Assembly (NCBI GenBank): GCA_965197425.1
Contig: CBDANC010000014.1
Span: forward strand, 64,001-128,000
Reading direction: 5' to 3'
Length of the DNA: 64,000 bases
Source of the DNA: Bdellovibrionales bacterium
GTDB lineage: Bacteria > Bdellovibrionota > Bdellovibrionia > Bdellovibrionales > JAUICD01
Numbering within the stretch: position 1 is the stretch's first letter; each line of letters starts with the position of its first letter. Below, in pieces: positions 18,780-29,305 of this stretch. Position numbers and translations under genes: made by a program. A model generated the notes under the pieces. That model was not told the DNA's origin. It did not search any database and saw nothing but the letters and a program-made list of their open reading frames with translations.

Positions 18780-20504
18780 ATGCAAACTGATTTAAAAGAA
18801 CAGGTCAGAGAGGCTAGTAATTTGGCTTCTCTGGTATCGGAGTTTGCCACTTTAACCAAATCAGGTAGTCGTTTAAAAGGACTGTGTCCTCTTCCTGGCC
18901 ATGCTGAAAAAACACCAAGCTTTACTGTATCCGAAGACCTCGGTCTCTATTACTGCTATGGATGCAGAAGAGGTGGAGATGTATTCTCTTTTGTAAGCGA
19001 AATGAAATCCCTTAACTTCAAAGAAGCACTAGAGTTTTTAGCTAATAGAGCCGGAATTTCCATTCATCAACCAAGTTATACAGATAAAACTTATGCTAAA
19101 CTTATAAAAATTAATTCTCTTGCTAACGAGTACTTTAAACATAATTTAAACAACCTTTCTTCAGATCATCCTATAAAAGTTTACTTAGAAAAACGAGGAA
19201 TACTAGATATGGTTAAAGAGTTTGATCTGGGTTTTGCCAAAGATAGCTGGACAGCACTACTAGATCACCTAGATAAGCATGATCTTAAGCTTGTAGAAAG
19301 TTTAGGCCTTATAAGAAAAAACAAATCAAACAATTATTATGACCTGTTTAGAAATAGAATTATCTTTCCAATAAAAGACTCAAACAAAGTCCTTGGATTT
19401 GGAGGCAGGACAGTATCAAAAGATGACAGCGTTAAATATCTAAATAGTCCTGAATCTAAGTTGTTTTATAAAAAGAAAATCTTATATGGAGTTAGCAATG
19501 CCATTAGTTCTATCAGAAGAGAGGATAGGGCTATTGTGGTAGAAGGGTATATGGATGTAATCAGCATGCACAAGCATGGATTTAAAAATACTGTTGGGAT
19601 CATGGGTACAGGTCTTACCGATGAACAGGCCATCGTGTTAAAGAAATATACAAAAAATGTGGTTTTATTGTTCGATTCTGATGAAGCTGGCATGATGGCA
19701 TCTACAAGGGCATTACCTGTGCTTTTAAAAGCTGGGCTATATCCTAAAATACTAAAACTTCCTTGTAAAGATCCGGACGAAACTTTGCAAAAAAAGGGAG
19801 CAAACTGGCTGAGAGACAACATGGGTCAGTCTGAAGATCTGTTCAAATGGCTTTTAATTGGCAAAATGAAAAAGAACAACAGAGTTCTCACTATCTATGA
19901 TAGAGAGCAGATTTTTAATGAAATAATAGAGCTAAGAAAGCATGTAAGAGACCAGAGCCTCATGTATAGCTTCGATAAAATGCTTGAGGATATTTTGGAA
20001 ATACCCAGACATATCGTAGCAAACAAAGGATTTAGGAGTAGATTTCAACCCAGAAATTACACAAAACCTGATTCCAAGAAGGTATCCTCCACTCCTAAAC
20101 ATGAGTTGGTACTTGCCTCAATTTTGTTGTTAAAACCCGAATATGTGAAAAAGTTAGATGGGATTCAAGACTCACTTTCATGCAAAAACATTACACACAT
20201 AGTAAAAAAACTACAAAATCTAAGTGGACATGACAAGTTTAGTGTTGATACTCTGATCCACAGCTTAGAACCTAAACCAGATGGTCTTATAGGTTGTATG
20301 ATGGATTTGAGTACTAATTTAGACGCTAATAAAATTGATGAGTTGTTTTGTGACTGTGTTTCTAAAGTAAAGGCACGATTTTTGAAGCATAGATCTAAGT
20401 TGGTTTTAAACAACATAAACTATGACAACAGGGATGAGAAACTTAGACAATTTAGCAAGCTTCAGATTGAAAGACATGGTCTATCCAAAGCAGATTTTAA
20501 ATAA
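18780..20504 (+). CDS. dnaG: DNA primase
   Basis: CPLPGHAEKTPSF zinc domain, FRNRIIFPI, KYLNSPE, VEGYMDV, DSDEAG. Confidence 0.97.
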   Translation: MQTDLKEQVREASNLASLVSEFATLTKSGSRLKGLCPLPGHAEKTPSFTVSEDLGLYYCYGCRRGGDVFSFVSEMKSLNFKEALEFLANRAGISIHQPSYTDKTYAKLIKINSLANEYFKHNLNNLSSDHPIKVYLEKRGILDMVKEFDLGFAKDSWTALLDHLDKHDLKLVESLGLIRKNKSNNYYDLFRNRIIFPIKDSNKVLGFGGRTVSKDDSVKYLNSPESKLFYKKKILYGVSNAISSIRREDRAIVVEGYMDVISMHKHGFKNTVGIMGTGLTDEQAIVLKKYTKNVVLLFDSDEAGMMASTRALPVLLKAGLYPKILKLPCKDPDETLQKKGANWLRDNMGQSEDLFKWLLIGKMKKNNRVLTIYDREQIFNEIIELRKHVRDQSLMYSFDKMLEDILEIPRHIVANKGFRSRFQPRNYTKPDSKKVSSTPKHELVLASILLLKPEYVKKLDGIQDSLSCKNITHIVKKLQNLSGHDKFSVDTLIHSLEPKPDGLIGCMMDLSTNLDANKIDELFCDCVSKVKARFLKHRSKLVLNNINYDNRDEKLRQFSKLQIERHGLSKADFK

Positions 20505-20627
20505 GAGGTTTTGCTTGTTTAATTTTAAACATGACTTGTTTTAGTTTTGATCATAACTTCCGATGCTAGAACTCTGAGTCCTTGTTTTGTTGTCTAGTGT
20601 TGGTGTTAACATTTTTGAGGATAATCT

Positions 20628-22418
20628 ATGGGTAAAACTATGACTTTAAAAGAACAAATTAAAGCGGTTGCTTCCGAGCTAACTAACCTGCGTGGTATTT
20701 ATAAAAAAAAAGGTAAGTTGTCAGTAGATGAAATCAACGAAGCTCTTCCTTTAGAAGTGGTATCTTTTCGAGCCATTGATTGGCTTATGGACTCTTTGCT
20801 TAAAGCTAATGTCAAAGTTTTAAGTCCTGGCATAGGTAGATCTGCTAAATCAGAAAGTGGAGAATTTAGTTTAGGCTCTCATGAAGAAGAGGAAGAGACT
20901 CCTGAGGTACCAGAAGATATAAAGAGCAATGATCCTGTTCGTATGTATTTAAGAAAAATGGGTGGCGTATCCCTTTTAACTCGTGAAGGTGAAGTACAAA
21001 TTGCTCAGAGAATTGAAAGTGGAGAGCGTCAGATTGTAAGATCGATGTTGATGTCTCCTTTAGGTACGGAAGAGATAGCACAATTAGGTCGGAGACTTGA
21101 CGATGGAAAAATTAAAATTAAGTCGTTGTTTAGAGGTTTAGAGGATGAAGATGCTCAGTATGATGAGTCTGAGTACATTGAGAAAATTCATAATTTAATT
21201 GATTATGTAAAAAAATATCAAAAAGGTGTAGCTCCTATTTTTGACACCCTTCTAAAACACTATGAGGATCTAGAGAAACGAAATAAAGCTCAGGCTGATT
21301 TAGAAGTCCTCAATAAGAAGTTAATGGAGAAATTTTCTGGTGTTAACTTTAATCGTAAGGTCATAAATCGTATAGTTGTGAAATTTAAAAATTTAGTTAA
21401 CAGAACTGTGGAACTAAGAATTAGAAAGAAAAAGGCTGTAGAGAGAACTTTTTCTAAGGATCTAGAGAGTCTAAAAAAGCAATATGAACTTGTTCAAAGA
21501 GATGACAAGGAGATTGGTAAATTGCACAGAAATACTGGCTTAAGTTTTGAAGCTTTCCAAGCTTATGTGAGGCAAGCTGTTAACGCAGAAAAAAGGTTAG
21601 ATAGGCTTTATAGGGAAACTGGAATGAGCCATAGCTGGCTTAAGGATATCTATCTTTCTATGTGGAAAGGTGGAAAGGCCGCAGATATTGCAAAAGCTGA
21701 GTTGGTTGAAGCTAATTTACGTCTAGTTGTTTCGATTGCAAAAAAATACACCAATCGTGGTTTACAGTTTTTGGATCTGATTCAAGAAGGTAACATTGGA
21801 CTGATGAAAGCTGTTGATAAGTTTGAATACCGAAGAGGTTATAAGTTTTCTACTTATGCAACTTGGTGGATTAGACAAGCTATTACTCGTGCCATTGCAG
21901 ATCAAGCTAGAACAATCAGAATTCCTGTTCATATGATTGAGACCATAAATAAATTGGTGAGAACATCCAGGCAACTTGTGCATGAGTTGGGTCGTGATCC
22001 TTTACCAGAAGAGATGGCTGAAAAGATGGAGATGCCTGTTGATAAGGTTAGGAAGGTTTTAAAAATTGCAAAAGAACCTATAAGTTTGGAAACTCCTGTT
22101 GGTGAAGAGGAAGATTCTCACTTGGGTGATTTTATAGAGGATAAAAAGGTTATTAATCCATCTGATGCCGTTTCAAGTTTAAATCTAGCAGAACAGACAA
22201 GAAAAATTTTAGGGGCATTGACTGCAAGAGAAGAAAAAGTTCTAAGAATGAGGTTTGGGATAGGAGAAGAAAGTGATCATACTTTAGAAGAAGTTGGTCA
22301 GGACTTCAATGTTACCAGAGAGCGTATAAGACAGATTGAGGCAAAAGCTCTAAGGAAACTAAGGCACCCTTCTCGTTCCAAAAAGCTGAAGTTTTTTTTG
22401 AACAATAACAACAAATAA
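20628..22418 (+). CDS. rpoD: RNA polymerase sigma factor RpoD
   Basis: [57 protein letters not shown]. Confidence 0.98.
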   Translation: MGKTMTLKEQIKAVASELTNLRGIYKKKGKLSVDEINEALPLEVVSFRAIDWLMDSLLKANVKVLSPGIGRSAKSESGEFSLGSHEEEEETPEVPEDIKSNDPVRMYLRKMGGVSLLTREGEVQIAQRIESGERQIVRSMLMSPLGTEEIAQLGRRLDDGKIKIKSLFRGLEDEDAQYDESEYIEKIHNLIDYVKKYQKGVAPIFDTLLKHYEDLEKRNKAQADLEVLNKKLMEKFSGVNFNRKVINRIVVKFKNLVNRTVELRIRKKKAVERTFSKDLESLKKQYELVQRDDKEIGKLHRNTGLSFEAFQAYVRQAVNAEKRLDRLYRETGMSHSWLKDIYLSMWKGGKAADIAKAELVEANLRLVVSIAKKYTNRGLQFLDLIQEGNIGLMKAVDKFEYRRGYKFSTYATWWIRQAITRAIADQARTIRIPVHMIETINKLVRTSRQLVHELGRDPLPEEMAEKMEMPVDKVRKVLKIAKEPISLETPVGEEEDSHLGDFIEDKKVINPSDAVSSLNLAEQTRKILGALTAREEKVLRMRFGIGEESDHTLEEVGQDFNVTRERIRQIEAKALRKLRHPSRSKKLKFFLNNNNK

Positions 22419-22495
22419 AGGCCCATAGCTTAGTTGGTTAAAGCATCCGGCTCATAACCGGAGGATCCGAGGTTCGAGTCCTCGTGGGCCTACCA
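22419..22495 (+). tRNA. tRNA with CAT anticodon, probably tRNA-Ile2 (lysidine)
   Basis: AGGCCCA/TGGGCCT acceptor stem, CCGG-CTCATAA-CCGG anticodon arm, GTTCGAGTC T-arm, encoded CCA; directly after rpoD, like ileX. Confidence 0.92.
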
Positions 22496-22500
22496 ATTCA

Positions 22501-22559
22501 TTAAAGCATCCGGCTCATAACCTGCGGGGTCCTAAGTTCGAGTCCTCGTGGGCCTACCA
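22501..22559 (+). repeat. Degenerate duplicate of the 3' 58 nt of the tRNA (att-like scar)
   Basis: First 22 and last 24 nt identical to tRNA 22438-22495, middle diverged; no 5' acceptor strand. Confidence 0.9.
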
Positions 22560-22560
22560 T

Positions 22561-22591
22561 TAAAGGTGAGCCTAATGAGGTAAAAAACAAG
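22561..22591. repeat. Truncated, inverted copy of the dispersed repeat terminus
   Basis: TAAAGGTGAGCCTAATGAGGTAAAAAACAAG matches reverse complements of 60612-60642 (27/31) and 56907-56937 (26/31). Confidence 0.75.
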
Positions 22592-22602
22592 GTTTTTGAG
22601 TC

Positions 22603-23050
22603 CTATTTTTTGGCTCCGTGTTTTTTAAGCAAACTAACAATATCATTTTTGTTAGCCAATCTTGCATGATCAAGCGGTGTTTTTCCTCCCCCGTTTTTTA
22701 TATTTATATCGGCTCCATGTTTTATAAGAAGAGCTGCTACCTTGACATGCCCTACATCTGCTGCCTCATGAAGGGGAGGAACATAAAATCGCATATCAGA
22801 AATACGGAACGGACAGATATTTCCATTCACATCAGCTAGGCGTTTTATTAAAAGTGCAACTAAATCCACATCATCACTTCTTACTGCATCACAAAAAGAA
22901 CTGTTAAATTTATAGTTCTGTAAGCGTAAGTTAGATTGTTTTACTGATTCAGGCGATGGCGGAGGCGAGTTGGCTGTTTTGGGCTCATCTGTAAAGACAA
23001 ACCTAAGATGTAGTTAGTAGTACACATAATGCAACCGATAGATACCTCAT
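22603..23050 (-). pseudogene. Frameshifted secreted ankyrin-repeat protein
   Basis: GAGGAGG RBS and ATG 23050 give MRYLSVALCVLLTTS-stop; another frame continues FVFTDEPK... into ankyrin repeats (PPLHEAA..GH, GKTPLDHA). Confidence 0.7.
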
Positions 23051-23401
23051 TATGTCCCTCCTCTTGTACTATCTACAGTAAATATCTAACGAATCACCTT
23101 GCAGGTTATTTTAACATGTGTTCTTTTTGATTCAATTCAAAACCAACACACAAGAGAAGATATAGGATACTTTGGGCCTATAGAGAGACAAAAAATTCCA
23201 TTGTTATACTATCAGTAATCCCTCGCTACTAACTGGACTAGTAGTAACCTTGTATTTCATTGACTACAGGGTCAGGTAAAAGTTTACAAAACCAAGGTAA
23301 ATTTTCTAAAAAGTGACAACTAAAGACATTGTTAGGTTAGTATAACCCCCAGTTGATTTCATAAATATCTATCAGGAAGTACAAAGCTAGGGAGCACTAG
23401 A

Positions 23402-24985
23402 ATGACTGCCAAAAAACCCATCGTAGTAATGACTATAATGACTATCTTGTTTCAGGTGTCAGTGTTTGCCAGCGAGGGTTGTGTTAATGCTCTAAGCGAT
23501 GGGTATGCAGAAGAACACGAGCACCTAATGAGAGCAGTTTCCGAACGCAATTTCAATAGGATTAGAATGAGCATGGTTTCAGGACTAGATGTGGATGCAA
23601 CAGATCCTAATGACTATACAGCTTTGATGTTGGCGGCAAATCTAGGGGATCTTGAGGTAACAAAGTTACTTGTAAACCTAGGTGCGAATGTGAATGCACA
23701 AGACAACCAAGGTTACACTCCTTTAATGGAGGCAGTACTCGGCAGAAACTTAGAAGTTATGGAGTTTTTGATTGGGCAGGAAGCGGATATAAGCCTTACA
23801 AATAATGAGGGACAAACTGCAATGGCAATAGCAGAGCCTGTTAGTGTAAATGAACAGATAGCTAGTTTTTTAACAAAAAATCAAAGTGATACAGGTTCAG
23901 AAACTTTATTGAGTGAAGTTGAATCGGAAGTAGTGGAAGCAACCATTCCATGGCATGATGCTGAGTTGGTAACTGCAGCTAAACTAGGTGACCTGAATAA
24001 AATTACCCAGTTAATAAAATTAGGAGCAGATCCTGATGCTGCTGACTCTGCAGGGCTTACTGCATTAACCTACGCGGTAATGACAAAATCATGGAAAGTT
24101 GTAGAGTTTCTAATAAAATCTGGAGCAAATATTCAAATGCTAAGCCCTAATCATCCCATTTTAATACTTGCAGCTGCAAAAGGCATGCTAGAAGCAGTCA
24201 GAAAACTAGTAGAATTAGGGGCAGAGGTAAATGCAACTGACCATGGGAGCTATACTGCTCTAATGCTAACAGCTACTACTGGTGATCAAGATGCTGTTAG
24301 GCTGCTAATAGAATTAGGGGCGGACATAGAAGCAAAAACAACAATAGGACAAAACCGAGGATTAAATTCTCTAATGATGGCAGCCGTACACGGTCACCTG
24401 AATGTTGCCAAAGTGCTTGTAGACTCAGGAGCAGATATGGATGCTGAAAATCAAGAAGGATACACAGCTGTAATTCTGGCAGCTACAAAGAAAAAATGGG
24501 AAGTTGTAGAGTTTCTAATAAAATCAGGGGCCGATATTGATTCAGTAACATCCAGCGGTTTTAACCCCCTTGGATTGATGATTTCGGATAGTAATATAGG
24601 TGCTGTTTTAAGGCTTGTAAATTTAGGAGCGAATGTGAATGCTTTTACTCACTTAACCTACACTCCTTTAATGCTAGCGGTTGTCCAAGGAAAAAGATTG
24701 GACACCTTAACCCTCCTAAATTTGAGGGTTGATCCAAATATTCAAGTTGCTAAAACAGGATGGACTGCTTTGATGTACGCTGCTTTTTATGGTTATTTGG
24801 ATATTGCTGATCTACTTTTGAGTCGAGGAGCAGATCCTAGCTTGGAAAATTCCAGTGGTAAGACTGCTCTATCCATCGCAAAAGATAAAGAACACAAGGG
24901 CATAGTTGAACTTTTTAAAAAATATGAAAACATGGAAAAAACATCTAAAGGTGAAAAAGTATGGAAAAGATTATTTTCACAATAG
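23402..24985 (+). CDS. Secreted/periplasmic ankyrin-repeat protein
   Basis: Signal peptide ending VFA; many TALMLAA..G....V..L...GA.VNA repeats. Confidence 0.92.
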   Translation: MTAKKPIVVMTIMTILFQVSVFASEGCVNALSDGYAEEHEHLMRAVSERNFNRIRMSMVSGLDVDATDPNDYTALMLAANLGDLEVTKLLVNLGANVNAQDNQGYTPLMEAVLGRNLEVMEFLIGQEADISLTNNEGQTAMAIAEPVSVNEQIASFLTKNQSDTGSETLLSEVESEVVEATIPWHDAELVTAAKLGDLNKITQLIKLGADPDAADSAGLTALTYAVMTKSWKVVEFLIKSGANIQMLSPNHPILILAAAKGMLEAVRKLVELGAEVNATDHGSYTALMLTATTGDQDAVRLLIELGADIEAKTTIGQNRGLNSLMMAAVHGHLNVAKVLVDSGADMDAENQEGYTAVILAATKKKWEVVEFLIKSGADIDSVTSSGFNPLGLMISDSNIGAVLRLVNLGANVNAFTHLTYTPLMLAVVQGKRLDTLTLLNLRVDPNIQVAKTGWTALMYAAFYGYLDIADLLLSRGADPSLENSSGKTALSIAKDKEHKGIVELFKKYENMEKTSKGEKVWKRLFSQ

Positions 24986-25692
24986 TGATTGTATTTCAAA
25001 CCCTGGCCTGTAAGGCTTATTCACAAGTGGATGACAGATATCTTTATTATGATTATGGCTGGAGGTTTCAAGTATCCTTAGGATCAATGCTAGCAAACGA
25101 AATCGACTACATACTCAATAACTCCGATGAGAGTAGAGGAGTAGCTGAGTTTAAAGAAGTGTATCTTCCGTCACTAGGTCTTGGGTTCAGTTACAGGTCT
25201 GAAAATGGTTTGGAATTAGGTTTGGAATTGAGCTCTTTTGATCATGAACTAGAACACACACTTCTTACCGAATATGCAGATGCTGTTTATTTAGCAGGTG
25301 AAAGGCACGTTTTACTTTTGACAACAGGACTTACTTATAATTTTGTAAATAATTCTCATGCCACACCATATGTTTCTGTAGACGCAGGAATATCTAGAAT
25401 AAGCCCTGATATACGTTTGGAGGTTTCAGATAATGAAACTTTTCGGTTCGAAAATGATAAGCCAAGCCATACTAGATCAGGTTCTGCTGGCATAGGTGTG
25501 AATTGGAAAATAAAAGCCGTAAACCTTGGGCTTTTTTACGACTATCTAATCTTGGGCTCTCACAAAACGAAAAGAGAACCGGAGTTACCTGATGAAATTA
25601 TGCAAAGTTCGGGACTTCCAAGTGAAATAAAGTTTGACGGAAGCACCAATCACAGAACCGTATTTCGAGTCTCCTTCCCTTTGTATGACTAA
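24961..25692 (+). CDS. Probable small outer-membrane beta-barrel protein
   Basis: Signal peptide, alternating strands (LGLGFSYR, TPYVSVDAGI, AGIGVNWK), terminal FRVSFPL. Confidence 0.7.
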   Translation: MEKIIFTIVIVFQTLACKAYSQVDDRYLYYDYGWRFQVSLGSMLANEIDYILNNSDESRGVAEFKEVYLPSLGLGFSYRSENGLELGLELSSFDHELEHTLLTEYADAVYLAGERHVLLLTTGLTYNFVNNSHATPYVSVDAGISRISPDIRLEVSDNETFRFENDKPSHTRSGSAGIGVNWKIKAVNLGLFYDYLILGSHKTKREPELPDEIMQSSGLPSEIKFDGSTNHRTVFRVSFPLYD

Positions 25693-25726
25693 AAATATTT
25701 CATAGGCTTGCTCGTTATAAACTATA

Positions 25727-27004
25727 CTAATCAATGACAGGGAGCCAAGATGATCCACCATCATGGGTTATTATGCTGGCCTTTTTATTATTTTCTAACT
25801 GTAGATCAAGTTTGAAAGTGTTCTCCTCATCATTTAAAAAACTAATATTGTTTATACTTAATAGGCCAACATTACTTACACCCTGATACTGAATAGCCTT
25901 TAAGGCTAAATCCCACTTAATGTAGGGTACAAAACTTACTCCATTATCAACACTCTTGTATTGACCTATATACACAGTACCATTCTTGGAAACAGCAATG
26001 GGCAGATTATTATTTTCAAACACTTCTATTTTTTCCCAAAGTTTCCCCCCAGTTGTAGATTTAAACACCCCACCTGCAGACGCAAACATAAGGTTTTTAA
26101 CCCTTGAACTTGTAGCTATATCAAAAATTGTCCTGTTAAAAAGTTCATCAGATGTCCATGACTTTTTATTAAAGTATAAATCAGGAGCAGGAATATTATC
26201 CTTACCCTTTTTTAACAGCTTAGGTTTTGAAATAACTTTTTTATTCATTGCCACCTTACCCCTTGCAGGCAGAGAACTATCCTTGGAATATAATCCGTTA
26301 ATTGGAATAGGTAAAAAACCAGGAAGACTAGTTAAAACTTTACTCTTTAAGTCTTTACCCTTTCTAACATTAGCCCTTGTTGTAGCTATATACCCATAAC
26401 TTCTATTTGTTATAATTCCTCTCACATCCTCCATGTTAATAATTTTGTCTCTGGTTGTAACAATGCGATGTTGTAATACGCTCTTTACATCATGCCAAAT
26501 ATCAGTTTTAACCATCGAGGCAAAGTTAAACTTACTTAGTATAGAATCAATTTCGACAAAGTACTTTTTGTCATCCCATTCTATCTGAACAAAATTATCC
26601 ACAAATCTAATGGCCTTTATCTTTAAGCCTGCTGCTAGTTTCCCTGCTTTGTTGAAAGAACGATTTTTTAAATCTGTTTTTTTGGTTGTAACAATATATC
26701 CTAAATCTCTATCCGATGGGTTAAGATATCTACCTTCTATCCAGGTTATGCCTTTTGGATGCTGGCATTTAAAATTTCCACCCTTCGATCCTAGTATTAC
26801 AACCTCTGTACCTCTGTTTAAGATCATGTTGTTTTTCTTAATGCTCTCTTTTAATATAGCTCTACTCGAAAAATGTAAGTCATAAATTAATACACTACTT
26901 CTAATCCAACCTGATCTTTTATCAGAAAGACTTACACTTACCCAATCTTGGGTATTAGCTTGTAAAGTGGCAGATAATATAGCGGTAATTATCAAAGGTA
27001 ACAT
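25727..27004 (-). CDS. Secreted hypothetical protein with SH3b-like segments and Asp-box-like motifs
   Basis: Signal peptide; ANVRKG segment; STTGGKLW, SVDNGVSF, THDGGSSW. Confidence 0.7.
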   Translation of the reverse strand: MLPLIITAILSATLQANTQDWVSVSLSDKRSGWIRSSVLIYDLHFSSRAILKESIKKNNMILNRGTEVVILGSKGGNFKCQHPKGITWIEGRYLNPSDRDLGYIVTTKKTDLKNRSFNKAGKLAAGLKIKAIRFVDNFVQIEWDDKKYFVEIDSILSKFNFASMVKTDIWHDVKSVLQHRIVTTRDKIINMEDVRGIITNRSYGYIATTRANVRKGKDLKSKVLTSLPGFLPIPINGLYSKDSSLPARGKVAMNKKVISKPKLLKKGKDNIPAPDLYFNKKSWTSDELFNRTIFDIATSSRVKNLMFASAGGVFKSTTGGKLWEKIEVFENNNLPIAVSKNGTVYIGQYKSVDNGVSFVPYIKWDLALKAIQYQGVSNVGLLSINNISFLNDEENTFKLDLQLENNKKASIITHDGGSSWLPVID

Positions 27005-27035
27005 ACAACATCAGTTTTACTTGGCTTTATAGCTA

Positions 27036-27144
27036 TCTCAAAGCATTTGTTTTAATTATGCAATACACCATAACCCTCTCCTCAAAAACCTATTCAAAGA
27101 CCATGCTCTTTCAGGGGTAAGGTTTGAAACTTTATTAATTGTAA
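27036..27144. repeat. 109-bp direct repeat, copy 1
   Basis: Near-identical to 28208-28315; last 62 nt identical. Confidence 0.95.
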
Positions 27145-27509
27145 GGAAAAATATGTATGGACTACAGATGAGCATGTTTTGTTTAATTGTCCAAAGTGTT
27201 GGAAGTTTAATTTAGAAGAGTACAAAAAATGCACATAGCAGCCCTATTTTTATAAATCTCAACTAAAAATGTCTGTGTAGAGAGAGTGTTTTAGTAGTTT
27301 ACGAAGTAATTTCAAAAACTTAGTAATATCATACATTTTGTTGTTCGTTAGCTTTGTTGTACGGATTATCGAACAAGGATGTTTTGGATATTATTCTCTT
27401 ATTCAATGGATTAAATAAATCACCATATTTTTTATCAATATCAACCCTCACACTAAGGACATTAGTGTTAAGGCCAAGCTTTTTTAAAAATAGTTTGTAT
27501 TTTACTTTT

Positions 27510-27537
27510 TAAAGTGATTTTCAAAATTAACCGAATC
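27510..27537 (+). promoter_or_regulatory. Sigma28 (FliA)-like promoter
   Basis: TAAA-N16-ACCGAATC upstream of the 27545 ORF. Confidence 0.45.
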
Positions 27538-27544
27538 CTTCCTT

Positions 27545-28198
27545 ATGGATAGAGAAGTGATCGTCGTGACTAGTAATTCCGACCTAAAATTTAGGATTTG
27601 GAAGAAGTTATGTGATACTATTTTTTTTACCAAAAACCCTGGGAATAACACTACTTTTGCTTTTTGGTGTACCCTGTATGCCTTGTTTTTTGTTTGGGGT
27701 ATAAGCTTCATGAACGATACTAATTTTGAAACCAACCCTTATGGATCATCGGCATCTGTACTCCATTATGTGTCGCTTCCATTTCATGAGGCTGGTCACA
27801 TAATTTTTGCACCGTTAGGAAGCATTATGCATTCATTTGGCGGAACACTCCTACAATTGCTTGTGCCTGTGATTGTTATGATAAGATTTATTAGAAGAAA
27901 AGAAATGCTGGAATCTTCCATATGCCTTTGGTGGTTGGGTTTTAATTTTTTAGATATTTCCCCCTACATATATGATGCCTTTGATAAGAAACTAGTGCTA
28001 CTGGGAGGAGTTACAGGGATGGACAACCCAGACTTTCATGACTGGAGTTTTATTTTAACTTCTACAAACAATATGCAGTATCATGACAGTCTTGCATATT
28101 TGACTGGAAATGTTGGAAAGGGCTTAATCATACTATCAATCTTATGGGGCGGGTTTATCTTGAAAAGACAATTTGATTTGCTAAAACAAGAAGTCTAA
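27545..28198 (+). CDS. Membrane protein with HExxH motif (M50/M50B-like metallopeptidase)
   Basis: LPFHEAGH, GGTLLQL, HDW and several hydrophobic segments. Confidence 0.75.
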   Translation: MDREVIVVTSNSDLKFRIWKKLCDTIFFTKNPGNNTTFAFWCTLYALFFVWGISFMNDTNFETNPYGSSASVLHYVSLPFHEAGHIIFAPLGSIMHSFGGTLLQLLVPVIVMIRFIRRKEMLESSICLWWLGFNFLDISPYIYDAFDKKLVLLGGVTGMDNPDFHDWSFILTSTNNMQYHDSLAYLTGNVGKGLIILSILWGGFILKRQFDLLKQEV

Positions 28199-28207
28199 CA
28201 CTATTTG

Positions 28208-28315
28208 TCTCAAAGCATTTGTTGCAATTATGCAATACACCATAACCCTCCCCCAAAAACCTATTCAAAGACCATGCTCTTTCAGGGGTAAGGTTTGAAA
28301 CTTTATTAATTGTAA
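28208..28315. repeat. 109-bp direct repeat, copy 2
   Basis: Near-identical to 27036-27144. Confidence 0.95.
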
Positions 28316-28448
28316 AAGAAAATAAATTGTGCTTTCTAGATTAGAGAGTATGCTTTAAAAAGCTATAATGTGGTCATGTTAGGCAAGTTTAAAATAACCA
28401 ATATTTTGTGTTATACTTCAAGTTTTAAAAAGTTAAGGAGTGTGTCTT

Positions 28449-29297
28449 ATGGATATTGATCTAATTGGAGTGGTTGGAGCAGGTCAAATGGGTGGCGGCA
28501 TAGCACAGGTATCTGCAAGTACAGGCTTTAAAGTTGTCTGCTTTGACTCAAACAAAGATGCCATTGAAAAAGCCAAAAAAGCTATTCAAAAAAGCTCTCA
28601 AAAACTATTAGAAAAACAAAAGATCACTCAAGACAGTGCAGATAAAATAAAGAAAATTACATTTACTACCAACATACTAGATTTATCTAAGGCTGATTTT
28701 GTTATAGAGGCAGTTTCAGAAAATAAAGATTTAAAAAAAGACGTCTTTGCCTCCTTAGATAAGTTACTGAAAAAAGAAGCCATAATTTGCTCCAACACTT
28801 CCTCTATCTCTATTACCAAATTAGCCTCCGGCACCTCCAGACCTGACAAGATCTGTGGTATGCATTTTATGAACCCTGTTCCATTAATGGAATTGGTTGA
28901 AGTAATAAGAGGTATGCAAACTTCAGACGAAACTTTTAATACAGTAACTGAGTTATCCAAAAAATTAGGAAAAACATGTATAGAATCAAAAGATGCAGCA
29001 GGGTTTGTTGTAAATAGAATTATTATGCCTATGATCAATGAAGCTTTCTATGCCCTGCAAGAAGGCCTGGCAAAAGCAGAAGACATTGATCTAGCAATGA
29101 CACTTGGAACAAATGTACCAATGGGACCATTCACCTTGGCTGATTTTATAGGCCTGGATACATGTCTTTACATTATGCATGTATTACATACAGAATTAGG
29201 CGAGTCTAAAAGACCCTGCCCACTATTGATAAAATATGTAGAAGCAGGCTGGTTAGGAAGAAAAACAAAAAAAGGTGTGTTTACTTACGAAAAATAA
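28449..29297 (+). CDS. hbd: 3-hydroxybutyryl-CoA dehydrogenase
   Basis: GAGQMGGGIA, SNTSS, GMHFMNP, GFVVNR, PMGP..LADFIGLD. Confidence 0.94.
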   Translation: MDIDLIGVVGAGQMGGGIAQVSASTGFKVVCFDSNKDAIEKAKKAIQKSSQKLLEKQKITQDSADKIKKITFTTNILDLSKADFVIEAVSENKDLKKDVFASLDKLLKKEAIICSNTSSISITKLASGTSRPDKICGMHFMNPVPLMELVEVIRGMQTSDETFNTVTELSKKLGKTCIESKDAAGFVVNRIIMPMINEAFYALQEGLAKAEDIDLAMTLGTNVPMGPFTLADFIGLDTCLYIMHVLHTELGESKRPCPLLIKYVEAGWLGRKTKKGVFTYEK

Positions 29298-29305
29298 GGA
29301 GATCT

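Noticed and set aside
22419..22495. Calling the CAT tRNA initiator tRNA-Met
   Set aside because: No C1:A72 mismatch and no GGG/CCC anticodon stem; sequence and position after rpoD favour Ile2, though elongator Met is not fully excluded
22501..22559. Second functional tRNA gene
   Set aside because: Lacks the 5' acceptor strand and most of the D-arm; anticodon stem and T-stem pairing are disrupted
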